Shown here piece by piece: positions 24,085 to 36,475 of a DNA stretch of 64,000 nucleotides (position 1 is its first letter; every line of letters begins with the position of its first letter). Made by a program: the position numbers and the translations under genes. Below the pieces are notes generated by a model that ran no database searches, was not told the DNA's origin, and saw only the letters and a program-made list of their open reading frames with translations. The DNA comes from Octopus bimaculoides (taxonomy: Eukaryota). The stretch is from the NCBI RefSeq assembly GCF_001194135.2, contig NC_068985.1:36711011-36775010 (forward strand), given 5' to 3'.

Positions 24085-24695
24085 TTATTACCTCCGCCAA
24101 GGAAAGAGGTTATGTTTTCATCGGCGTTGATTTGTCCGTCTGCCCGTCTGTGTGTAAAATGACTAAAAATGTTGTGAACGGTCCTTGATGAAACTTGTAG
24201 GAAAAGTTGGTAATGACACAAGGAACAAATGATTAAATTTTGGTAGTGATCCGGGAATTTTTATGGATTCTTGAAGGATTTTTTTCTTTGTTATATTTAC
24301 TTTACATGAAGTATTACAATGTTACATTCTTTGATTATCTCCCTTGAAAACACGTTCATCGTTTCAACGTAACCTATGGTGGCGTTGCTGTTTCTAAAGT
24401 CTATTTTTGTTTCTCTATTAGTAATTTTACTCGCGTTTTGTGTATATCACTCAAGTTTTAGATAATTATTGTTTCTTTTTAATTGTGTGGTAAAACTAGC
24501 TTGCTGTTGTTATTGATGTATTATAACTGCTTCAGATGATTCCTGTTTTTAAAGCTTAAAAAAAAAAAATCATATGGAGGTTATGTTTTTGCCGGTGTTG
24601 GTTTGGGGAAATTGGGCGATTTTCAGCATGCGTGTATATGGGTGGAAACGAGCTGTTTGGCAGAGGTCTGCGCTCTCCGAGTGCTTTTCTAGTTT
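24085..24695 (+). mobile_element. Helentron-associated non-autonomous element (HINE/DINE-1-like)
   Basis: Subterminal inverted repeats acctccgccaa (24090-24100) and ttggcagaggt (24657-24667); a gtccgtctgcccgtctg tract near the 5' end; a 3' hairpin gcgctc-tcc-gagtgc (24670-24684) followed by ttttctagttt; T-rich flanks. Confidence 0.7.
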
Positions 24696-24706
24696 ATTAT
24701 ATTTTG

Positions 24707-24926
24707 AAGGCGGCGAGCTGGCAGGAACGTTAGCACGCCGGGCAAAATGCGTAGCAGTATTTCGTCTGTCTTTACGTTCTGAGTTCAAATTCCGCTGAGA
24801 TCAACTTTGCCTTTGATCCTTTCGGAGGTCGATAAATTAAATACCAGTTACGTACTGGGGTCGATCTAATCGATTGACCCCTTGCCCCAAAATTTCGGGC
24901 CTTGTGCCTAGAGTAGAAAAGATTAT
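24707..24926 (+). mobile_element. SINE family A, full length, well preserved
   Basis: aaggcggcgagctggcaggaacgttagc...gagttcaaattccgc...cttgtgcctagagtagaaaagattat. Confidence 0.92.
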
Positions 24927-25030
24927 ATTTTGGATCATTGCCTTTTGAGTTACTGTCTGATTTTGCGACACACAGGTATAGCGGTATTGGAGGATATTGA
25001 TTGGTTAAAACTAGCAAAAATATCAATCTT

Positions 25031-25701
25031 GGATCTATTTTAAAACGGGGGCACCAGTATTTTCTTAACGAAACACTAACGAAACACTTTGAAACTTGGG
25101 ACACTGGTAGAATGTGTCATATAAAACATCTTTTACTCTTAGTCTTCTTAACAAAAAAATGTACATCGCAAGTTATTCCATGTTAAAGTTGTCGTATTTC
25201 TGTAATTTCAACCAATCACTGACGTCTATTCAGCTGAATAGAGTTACTGCTGGGCGGTCATAAAAATGTTATTCCCTGTGACATATTATCCGGTTTAATC
25301 GTAATTTATACGCATATATTATTTATATAATAAATTACGCTGTGCGTATCTGTGTGTGTAACAATTTTAGAGTTCGGATTCTAGAGTTAGGGTTAGTTTT
25401 AGGGTTAGGGTTAGGGTTACGGTTACGGTTAACAGTCTAGTTAGGGTTAGGGTTAGGGTTAGGGGATTAATACGATATACACCGTTACAGCGCTAACTGT
25501 TTTCAACTGAATAGACGTCAGTGATTAGTAGAAATTATCGAAATAAGACAATTTTTTACATGAAATAAATTCGAATACAAAATTTTTTTTCTGTTCTATA
25601 ACACAAAATAGATAAGTATACGAAGTTTGAAAGTCTTTCGGTACCAAAAACACTACATAAAACATAAATGAAAACTGGTGCCCCCGTTTTAAAATAGATC
25701 C
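25031..25701. mobile_element. Non-autonomous TIR DNA transposon with 28-bp TIRs and 8-bp TSD (Merlin- or MULE-like)
   Basis: Perfect TIR ggatctattttaaaacgggggcaccagt at both ends. TSD tcaatctt at 25023-25030 and 25702-25709. Inner inverted repeat aatcactgacgtctattcag / ctgaatagacgtcagtgatt. Confidence 0.9.
25387..25464 (+). repeat. Interstitial telomeric-type (TTAGGG)n tract inside the MITE
   Basis: ttagggttagttttagggttagggttagggttacgg...ttagggttagggttagggttagggg. Confidence 0.9.
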
Positions 25702-26532
25702 TCAATCTTTATAAAATCGTAACATTTTTATCGGAAATTTTTGAAAAAAAAATAAAGCGGTAATTTGGCAGAGTTATTTGCAGGTTGGACAAAAATGCTT
25801 AGTGGCATTTCTTCAAGATTTGGCTTTCGGGGTCGATAAATTAAGTACCATATCAATTGAGCATTGGGATCGATATAATCAATTTGCCCCTTCCCCTAAA
25901 ATGACTAGTCTTGTGCGAAAATATGAAATTAATTTCTGTGAAAATTTACTGAAATTTTCGTGAGTAGCATGGAAAACCACATCATTATTAAAAAAGTTTA
26001 ACAAAATCGGACATAGTGAACGAAAAGGCAAAGATCCCTTATTTTCCATATTATTTGAAGAAAACGAACTCTAATTGGGAATTGTAAAAGAAAGTGAAGT
26101 CTAGTTTTATGTTTCGTTGTTAGCTTTCTGCTAGTGTTCAAGTCTCGTTGGTGAAGAACAGAATTGTTTGCAATGTATGATTTGAAAACTAGTAATATTT
26201 TAATTCTATCACTGACCAAACAATTCCAACTAAAATAGAGTCTGCGTGCTGCTTCCCATAGTAATTGGCAACTTAGTTTAAAAACTTTCTACTATCTGTC
26301 ATGACACATTCAGGATAACGAAAAAGTGTAACAGAAACAAAAAACAACAACAAAAAAAGCTAATTTTAATTTTGATGTAAAAAATGTTAACAGTAAAAAC
26401 GAAGAAAACAAAAACTGATTTTTCTTTTCTCCCACAAATTTTCCACATCAGAAACTAAACGAAACCTGCTGTTTAAACACTGACACAAAACTTACATACT
26501 TTCACACTTTAAATAATTAGGGGAAAAAAAGA

Positions 26533-26565
<33 letters not shown>

Positions 26566-26770
26566 CAACAGTAATATAAAGAATATTTATCACTTCAATC
26601 TTGTCGATTGTGTAGCACAACCTGTTTCATGTTTTCAATGGGAATTTACAAACTCTAACTCTGGTTTTTGAAATCAGTAACTTTGTTGTCACTTTCCTAG
26701 AAACCCAACATGTACAAATGGCATTTTCATTTCGTACCGACTTGTTTCTGTTTGTTTGTCTCTTTCTGTG

Positions 26771-26918
26771 TGTTGTTGTTGTTGTTGTTGTTGTTGTTCT
26801 TCTTCTTCTTCTTCTTCTTCTTCTTCTTCTTCTTCTTCTTCTTCTTCTTCTTCTTCTTCTTCTTCTTCTTCTTCTTCTTCTTCTTCTTCTTCTTCTTCTT
26901 CTTCTTCTTCTTCTTCTT
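26771..26918. repeat. (GTT)n(CTT)n microsatellite
   Basis: Directly visible. It explains the poly-E/K/L/F/S ORFs. Confidence 0.98.
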
Positions 26919-27086
26919 CCAAGACAAGATTCAATTAATTTTGTTCACACATTTATCCATACGCATATACTTGCTTCAACATACACTAGGTCATACAGAA
27001 ATCTCATTCACTACAAGCATACACATATTTGTGCATAATATACGCCTGTGCATACATTTACACATATATGTTAAACATACACATTC

Positions 27087-27262
27087 AGGCGGTGAATTGA
27101 CAGACCCATTAGCACGCTGGAAAATACTTAGCAGCATTTCACTCTGAGCTGAAATTGTGCCGGAGTCGCTATAATAAGTACTAGTCAAATACTAAGGTAG
27201 ATGTAATCGACTTCCAACTTTCCTAAAAATCTGCTGGCCCTGGGCCAAAATTTGACGCCATA
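27087..27262 (+). mobile_element. SINE family A, decayed and internally deleted
   Basis: aggcggtgaattgacagacccattagcacgc...gatgtaatcgactt...gggccaaaatttgacgccatatt. Confidence 0.75.
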
Positions 27263-27439
27263 TTAAGCATATACATTTATTACATTTATTGCATATCCAC
27301 ATACACATTCGCACATAGAAACATATCTGTAGAGTGTTAAACATTTTCGGTATGCAAATTAGGGACTCCTTCATAGAGTAACTGCATTTGTTGCGTATAT
27401 AAACAGTTTGGCTGATTGCTTCTCTGGAGGCTTTCAGAA

Positions 27440-27498
27440 TGATGTGGACGCCTCTGATGAGAACCCAATAAGGCTCGAAAATCGATTAAGGTCCATCA
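27440..27498 (+). ncRNA. Type I hammerhead ribozyme motif in a PLE pseudo-LTR-like segment (about 27375-27620)
   Basis: tgatgtggacgcct CTGATGA gaacc-caata-aggctc GAA aatcgatt A aggtccatca: intact core, palindromic stem III AAUCGAUU, UUA triplet, bulged extended stem I. A tatataaa motif lies about 45 nt upstream. Confidence 0.75.
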
Positions 27499-30400
27499 AT
27501 TTCTTTTTCAGTCTGCGGAGAAATGGTTAAAGTTTACCCTGTTTATAATCTTATCATATGTTACATACATTCATGTATAAGCACCCTCACGAACCAACGA
27601 TACAGAATATACATCATTACTGAACCCGCAAAAAATAACGGCCAAATTCTCACTCAAATCCCACACTAAGGTCAAGATACACACACGTAAAATAATGAAA
27701 TGGTCAGTCAAAATACCTTTGATCATAAATTCATCTTTCGCAAATGGTTGACAATTGACGGAACAACAAAAACAAGAACAATAATAGTAAGACTAGTAGC
27801 AGCAACAACAACAAAAAAAAAACCCAACTGATACGCATTAAAGAATATTTGTAATTCTTATTTACGCAACAGATTGTAGGTTTAACAATTCTCTTAGATT
27901 TACATATCTATTTCGGATATTAAATTACAAACCAAATATTTCATGTAAAGACCTTCAAAGTAAAATGTAATTAAAAAAAGGAATAAAAGAAGGCATAAGT
28001 TATTAATGAAAAATACTGTGAGAAGCTGAACTTGTGACTTTCCTTTCACTGTATTCTCTGATTTGTTTTTTATGTTAACCCATTAATGCATTTACTTCTC
28101 AATTTCTGTTCCGTGATATGTTCAATATTGGGCTATTCTTGCACGGTCCCGGTTCAAGCAAACCAGAAAGGAACAGTATGTGAGGATCTTCCACGACCGT
28201 TCACCCACCTCAGTATATCCATACTAAGAATCTGCGAGAGGGAGAGGGAGAAAGAGACAGAGAGAGGGGAGAAAGAAAAGAGGAAAGAGGGATGGAGAGA
28301 GGGGAGGAAGAAGAGTCGACATTAATACTTCACTGGTATTTTACCAATTCCGTAAGGATGTAAGGCACTCGGAACGCATAATGCCAGAACAGATACTTCA
28401 AGGTAGTCTATCTGACACTCAATTGATTTATCTAATGCGCCACCTATCTTAAAGCACAGTGTCCAGAACAGGAGAGTCAAGAAATGATTCAATATAAAGC
28501 AGTTATTTCAATTTTAAATACTACACACACACACACACACACGTGAGACTATATAAATATCACATAAAAAATATATACACATTGTTTGCATTTTCCTTTT
28601 ATATTTTTCACTACAACTCATCACGTGGGGGAAAATATTTCCAACGAAGCTTTTCAATACATTCACACACACACACGCACACGCACACACACACATATTT
28701 AATGAATCTCTCTCTCTCTCTCTCTCCCTCTGTCTTTCCCCTATCATTTCACCTGGAATAACCGATAATAGTGGATAACTGTGGAACCACTCGTTACATA
28801 AGCACCTAAAACCTGCATACCGCCAAATCGTATTAATTGGTTTCTTCCGCACTGTATTATTAAAAGGGTATTTGGTAACTATAGTGAGCAGCTTTAGCTG
28901 CCACGTAGAAGCTTGTCCATCGGTCCACCTTATTTTCATGTAGTAAGATCGATTCATACTTAATGTAATAAATCAAAAAATTAAAATTTATTATTACCTA
29001 CCAGCACTTTGTATATTAACACTATACTTATCATTTAGGGTGTGAACCATTGTAAATTTGTCTTTATCTGAAGTCATCCTTATATTTAGCAAATCTTGTG
29101 CTACTTAATTAATTTAGCAGAACTTTTTCGTCTTCCAGTGACACCATAGGAGGATTTCAGCTCAGTGTTGTGCCAGCTATAGACACAACCACCGTCTATG
29201 TGGTATAAATACCTGCATTACCCTCATAGTAACAATTAAAATGGACGGGTTTTGGTATTAAACATCATGGTCAAGAGAAAAATCCAAGTAACGTTATTGA
29301 TGAAATACAAATAAATCGTTGACTCTTCCTCCATTACTGGCGCATTTTAAATCTTATCAAATTGGCGACCGACGGAATTTCTCATTTTTCTCTATTCTTC
29401 TTTCTTTTCTTTAACATTAAATTGAAAAACAAATAAACAAAATGGTAACAAAATCCGAAACTCACTATACTAAAAGAAACAAAAACAAAGTAGAACAAAG
29501 AAAAATTAAATAATTAAAAAAAGACATCTTTAACACCCCGAAACAAAACTGAACTATATAATAGACCTAACAAATGTAAAAAGTAAAAGGAGAATTTTGT
29601 TGGCAAAAAGGTGAAATAAATACAGTGAAAAGTACCTCATTTATTATAACAAAGTTACATTTTATTTTGACATATTGCAGTGAAAAAGGTAATAAAGCAA
29701 AAAGAAAAAAGTGGTTAAAATATATTCATCACTCACTGGAAAAAGAATATACTCCATCTTGGGCCGCAACCACCTCAGCTGGTAAAAAAATATTTATAAT
29801 TTAAAACACAAACAAGAAGATATAAAAATGCATACGAGAAAATAAACAAGAGACTAAAAAAAAACACGATAAAAATAAATAACTAGTAAATATGATCAAA
29901 TGAATAAACCAAAGCAAAAACACGCAAACAAATTTTTTTTGTCGTAAACAATATAGTTGTTTATGAATTCACTTTAATTGGAAATTTTTTAAAAAAGTAC
30001 TTTTTTTTCTTATTTTATTCCGTGTAAAGCTAAATATAAAGTATAAAGCGAATTAAAGAAAGAAATAAAAATAAAAATAAAAACATAAAGCGAATTACAT
30101 GAGAGAGAAGGATGGAAGAAAAGAGGGAAGGAAGGAAGGAACGAGAGAAGTAAAGGAACATAAAAAGAAAGAAAGGAAGAATTATGTTTAAAGCGATTTG
30201 TCAATAGTTGGTGGATAAGCAATTAAAATTTAACACTAAATGGTAACATTTAACGCTAACGGTTTTTAGATGAAGAACCAAACATCGACCACTAAACGGC
30301 GTTTCTAACTACTAATGTAAAAATAAAAAAAGTTTGGTTCTCCGTCGTAATCGATGATGAGTATTCGATTGTTCGAACAACGGAACTAAGAGTTTTGTAA

Positions 30401-30620
30401 ACGTCTAGTGGTTAATAAAAAAAGAATATTATGAAGGCGCGCGGTGAACTGGTAGGATCGTTAGAATCGACTCCAGGACAAGATCATCGGTAGATTATTT
30501 ATCGATTCGGAAAGGATGAAAGACAAAAATTGACCTTGATGGGTTATGAACTTATAACTCAGACAGCCGTAACGACCAATCCACCGGCTACATATGTACA
30601 CGCACACGCACGTGCACACA

Positions 30621-30653
<33 letters not shown>

Positions 30654-30764
30654 GCGCACACATACACACACTGGCACACGCACACAAACATACACACACA
30701 AACATATACACACACATGCACGCACGCACACACGCGTGCGGGCACATATACCACATTATATACG

Positions 30765-30985
30765 TCTTTTATCTTTTACTTGTTTTAGTCATAAGACAGC
30801 GGCCATGCTGTGGCACCGCCTTGAAGAATTTTAGCCGAACAAATCGACCCCTGTACCTTTTTTTTTTTAAAGTCTGGTACTTATTCTCTCAGCCGAACCG
30901 CTAGGTTACTGGGCCGCAAACGCACCAACATCCGTCGTCAAGCAGTGATCGGAGACAAACACTGACACAATGACACACACATACA
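30765..30985 (-). mobile_element. SINE family B/C, 3' part
   Basis: tttatcttttacttgttttagtcataagacagcggccatgctg...gtcgtcaagcagtg. Confidence 0.85.
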
Positions 30986-31095
30986 TGCAAACACATGCAT
31001 ACGCACACACGCACACACACACAAGTATACACACATACACTCACACACACACACATACACATATATACGACGTCATAAGAAGACCGTTGTGTATA

Positions 31096-31128
<33 letters not shown>

Positions 31129-31634
31129 NNNNNNNNNNNNNNNNNNNNNNNNNNNNNNNNNNNNNNNNNNNNNNNNNNNNNNNNNNNNNNNNNNNNNNNN
31201 NNNNNNNNNNNNNNNNNNNNNNNNNNNNNNNNNNNNNNNNNNNNNNNNNNNNNNNNNNNNNNNNNNNNNNNNNNNNNNNNNNNNNNNNNNNNNNNNNNNN
31301 NNNNNNNNNNNNNNNNNNNNNNNNNNNNNNNNNNNNNNNNNNNNNNNNNNNNNNNNNNNNNNNNNNNNNNNNNNNNNNNNNNNNNNNNNNNNNNNNNNAT
31401 ATATATATATATATATATAATATAGATAATATATAAATATATGCATATATGTACGTACCTACATATATATGTATATATACATGTATATATGGGTACAGGA
31501 CATAAAAAAAACGTAAACAATATGAGAAGCGAGAACATAAAAACAAAAACAGAAAACGAACTGTTTTTCCGAACAACCAAAGAAACAAATAGAGAAACGA
31601 GACAGGCAACATAAAGAACATTCCCTTCACCATT

Positions 31635-31669
<35 letters not shown>

Positions 31670-31694
31670 ATCTGTTGCTATTTGTTTATATGTA

Positions 31695-31825
31695 TATCAA
31701 ATCCACTCATAAGGCTTTGGTCGGCCTCTGGTTAAAGTAGAAGACACTTGCCCAAGGTGTCACGAAGTAGTACTGAACCGGAGACGATGTGGTTAGGAAG
31801 TGAACTTCTTACCACCTAGCCACGA
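31695..31825 (-). mobile_element. SINE family B/C, head and core
   Basis: aaatccactcataaggctttggtcggcc...gaagacacttgcccaaggtgtcacg...actgaaccgg. Confidence 0.85.
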
Positions 31826-32159
31826 TATGTAAAACGTTTGATATGACTAGAAACTCGTCAGTTTCATTAGCTTTTCTGTCCACGGAGAGGTAAAACTTTG
31901 TGTTGTAGTTACTTTGTTTACTTTCCACGATGACGGCTAAATCATATTCTTATTAAAAAGGATTATATTACATTTCATAAGCACACACCCGCACACATAC
32001 ACACACACAGCGCGCGCGCAAATATATGCTTATTTAATGTTGTCATTTTAGAGAAATTTTAAGGAAAAAGCCTCTTTTGATTGGAAGACTCAATGGTAAA
32101 AATAGAATCAAAATCATTTTAAAATTCGTTTTGACCAGCACTTTCAGTTTCGGTTGACG

Positions 32160-32447
32160 ATTTCTTTTTCTTTAGTCATTTTCTTTAGTCATTTGCTTTA
32201 GTCATTTGATAGCAGCCATGCTAGAGTACCTCCTAGAAGGGTTTTAGTCGAATAAATCGACACCAGGACTCTTTTAAAACATAGTACTTATTCTATCGAA
32301 CTCTTATGCCGAACTGTTAAGTTACATGGACGTAAACATACCAAAACCGGTTGTCAAGTAGTGGTGGGGATACAAATACAAAGAAACATACACACACTCA
32401 CACATATAACACACACACGCACACACACACGCACACANNNNNNNNNN

Positions 32448-32479
<32 letters not shown>

Positions 32480-32643
32480 CGATTGGCTTCTTTCAGTTTC
32501 CGTCTACCATATCCACTCACAAGGCTTTGGTCGGTCAGGGTTGAAGTAGACGACACTTGCCCAAGGTGCCATGCTGTGGGACTGAATTCGGAACCATGTG
32601 TTTGGGAAGCGAGCTTGTTACTACACAGTGACGCCTGCGCCTA
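32160..32643 (-). mobile_element. Full-length SINE family B/C (tRNA-like head, core, (TG)n, tail)
   Basis: The minus strand reads taggcgcaggcgtcactgtgtag...gaattcagtccc...ccttgggcaagtgtc...(TG)n...ttgacaaccgg...gcatggctgc, showing that parts B and C are one element. Confidence 0.88.
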
Positions 32644-32647
32644 GAAG

Positions 32648-32752
32648 AAATATGGAACGCTTCACGAATATGCGTGTCATCCTTGAGCAGCAGCTATACC
32701 AATCTTCTCTGCATCATTCCAATTTTAGTATATATATTACTTTGGCAATACA
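32648..32752 (-). pseudogene. U6: U6 snRNA pseudogene
   Basis: ATATACTAAAATTGGAATGATGCAGAGAAGATTGGTATAGCTGCTGCTCAAGGATGACACGCATATTCGTGAAGCGTTCCATATTT matches the canonical metazoan U6 sequence as I recall it at 77/86 nt. The ACAGAGA box is mutated to GCAGAGA and the AGC triad to GGT. Confidence 0.95.
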
Positions 32753-33001
32753 TATACTAATAAATAAGTAAAAATAGCATCAGCACAGAAGCTTGCCATA
32801 GAGTTGTAATACAACACTATGTTATTTCCATAAAAAAATGTAACATAGCACTAACTTATTTTGAAAATCGAAACCGCTGTTTGAATAATTTATAAACATT
32901 GAAAAAGTGACTGAAGAGGCGGCGAAAAAGTTTTCGGAAAAGAAAGACTGTAGAGAAACAAGTGAGGTGTTGATAGGTTATAGTAATATGGCTCTTCTAA
33001 G

Positions 33002-33310
33002 ACGAGGAGCTGGCAGAATCGTTAATTGTTACCACGTCCCCGAACTTGCTGGCCTTGTGCTAAAATTTGAAACCAATAATATGGCTCATCTAGGCAGCGA
33101 GCAGGTAAAATCGTTAAGCACGCCAAGTAATATGCTTCGCGGAATTTCGTACATTCCTACGTTCTCAGTTCGAATTCTGCCGTGGTCGACTTTATCTTTC
33201 ATTCTTTCTGGGCCGATATAATAAGATGTAGTTGTGTACTGGGGTCGATGTAATCGATTAAACTCTCTCCTCTGAACTTGCTGGGCTTGTGCCAAAATTT
33301 AAAATCAATA
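33002..33310 (+). mobile_element. Two tandem SINE family A copies (first internally deleted)
   Basis: Two heads (gagctggcagaatcgtt; gcgagcaggtaaaatcgtt) and two tails (cttgtgc.aaaattt.aaa.caataat). Confidence 0.8.
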
Positions 33311-33599
33311 ATATGTCGCTTTCGAACTGAAAGAAACTTAAAGTCCTAGTCAAACAGAAAGTTATATCATATTGTGTGTGTGAATTTGTATGTTTGTGTG
33401 TGTTTCAGTTTGAGTATATATAATTATACACACGTATGCTTATATATAAATATGTTTATATAGATGCTTGTAACTACATTCGTATGCATGCATGCATGCA
33501 TGCATGCTGTCGTACTCTTTTTAATTTAGAATAAATTTTGACCGGCCACCTGCTTGGTAGCAAAGCTGTGAAGGAAAGTTATCTTTCTTTCTTCATCAT

Positions 33600-33945
33600 C
33601 CTTTAAATCGTAAGAAGATTTTGCAGATTTTTATAATCCCAGATACCACGATCATTTGTACTGAATTAAGGATTTGTGTTCCTTTCCCCCACGCCAATCA
33701 AAACACACGTTCAGTCATACTTTGCTCAAGATGGGTTGGTGCGTATCCTATTGCTTCAATAATAATAGGAATGAAGTTGAAAGTGCTTCTTGTGTACTGA
33801 ATTTGCAAACACCTTATCAGTGGTCCATAGGTGTCCCTTTCTATTTTTCTAACCATATTGGTGTCCCGAGGGCAGCTAATTTCTACATCTTTTCCATGTG
33901 GTCCCACACAACAATATCTGGTCGACTGGGTTTTAATTTGATAGA
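33600..33945 (-). mobile_element. 3' fragment of a non-LTR retrotransposon with restriction-like endonuclease (R4/NeSL/R2-type)
   Basis: KPSRPDIVVWD / VEISCPRDTNMVRKI...YGPLIRCLQIQY...FIPIIIEAIGYAP matches the RLE C-terminal PD..E motif and the PIIIGALG-like motif. Confidence 0.8.
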
Positions 33946-34301
33946 TGCTTTAATTATTAAGTTTCATGAATAGTCTTTTATGTATGTATGTATGTATGTT
34001 TGTATGTACGTACATACATATGTATGTACACTTGAAATGCACGTATATATTTATCTATATATGGGTGATAGTGAGGTTTGTGCGTGCTTGTATGACTATA
34101 TGCATATCTGCGTCTTTCTTTCTCTCTCTCCCTCTTTCTCTCTCCCTCTCTCTGTATATGTATATGCATTATAGATAGAAAGAAAGATAGATAGATAGAT
34201 ACATACACACACATATCCACAAACACTCACATATACGCAACACACACACACAGAGACACACACACACACACACACACGCACACACACACACGCACACACA
34301 C

Positions 34302-34350
<49 letters not shown>

Positions 34351-34984
34351 CTACTACCGCACTACAACAATAAGCCAAACACGAACCAAACGAAGCAGCA
34401 TCAATCCCTTATTAGACAAGGATGAAAAGCGACACAAAAAGATTTTTAAGGGTAAAAAAAAAAAATATTGTAGACGTGGAAGTTTCTCTTTTGAAGAAGG
34501 GGAAAAAAATGAAACTTATTTCTCTTTTTTGAACATATAAGAACAAGAAAATATATAATTAAAATAGAATTCTTAAGAGCACTTAAAAGTCCACAAATGG
34601 TTCTCTGAAAAGAATTCTTTTTCTCTTTTTTGCGCCTTGTATCTGATGAGAAAAACATGTAAAACTAATGTAAAAAATTATACGTTGTAAATAGACTCAA
34701 CAATAACAAAACAACCGAGAACTGTTTCAACAAATAATAAACACCAGAAGAACAATCGTATTAACACTAGAAAATAGCTTCCATTTATTTTTTAAACTAT
34801 ATTAGAAAATGATATGTTCACACATTATCTAGTTATTTTCTTTACTTCTCGTCGTCGTCGTCATTATCATGATCACCATAACAACCACAAACACAATGAC
34901 GACGACGACGACGACGACCATCACCATCACTGCTGCCCATATCCCTCCCCACCATTACTAACACAGCATTAATAATAATTGTCT

Positions 34985-36475
<1,491 letters not shown>

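Noticed and set aside
29135-29207. Acceptor followed by DTIGGFQLSVVPAIDTTTVYVV-stop; similar short frames at 14110, 15350-15540, 45841, 47101 and 58840
   Set aside because: Isolated short frames with only one splice signal and no recognisable homology; expected by chance.
29540-29640. IDLTNVK...ILLAKR resembling a PLE N-terminal motif
   Set aside because: Too short and A-rich to separate from low-complexity noise.
32648-32752. Functional U6 gene
   Set aside because: The ACAGAGA box and AGC triad are mutated, there is no clear upstream TATA, and it is fused to a SINE.
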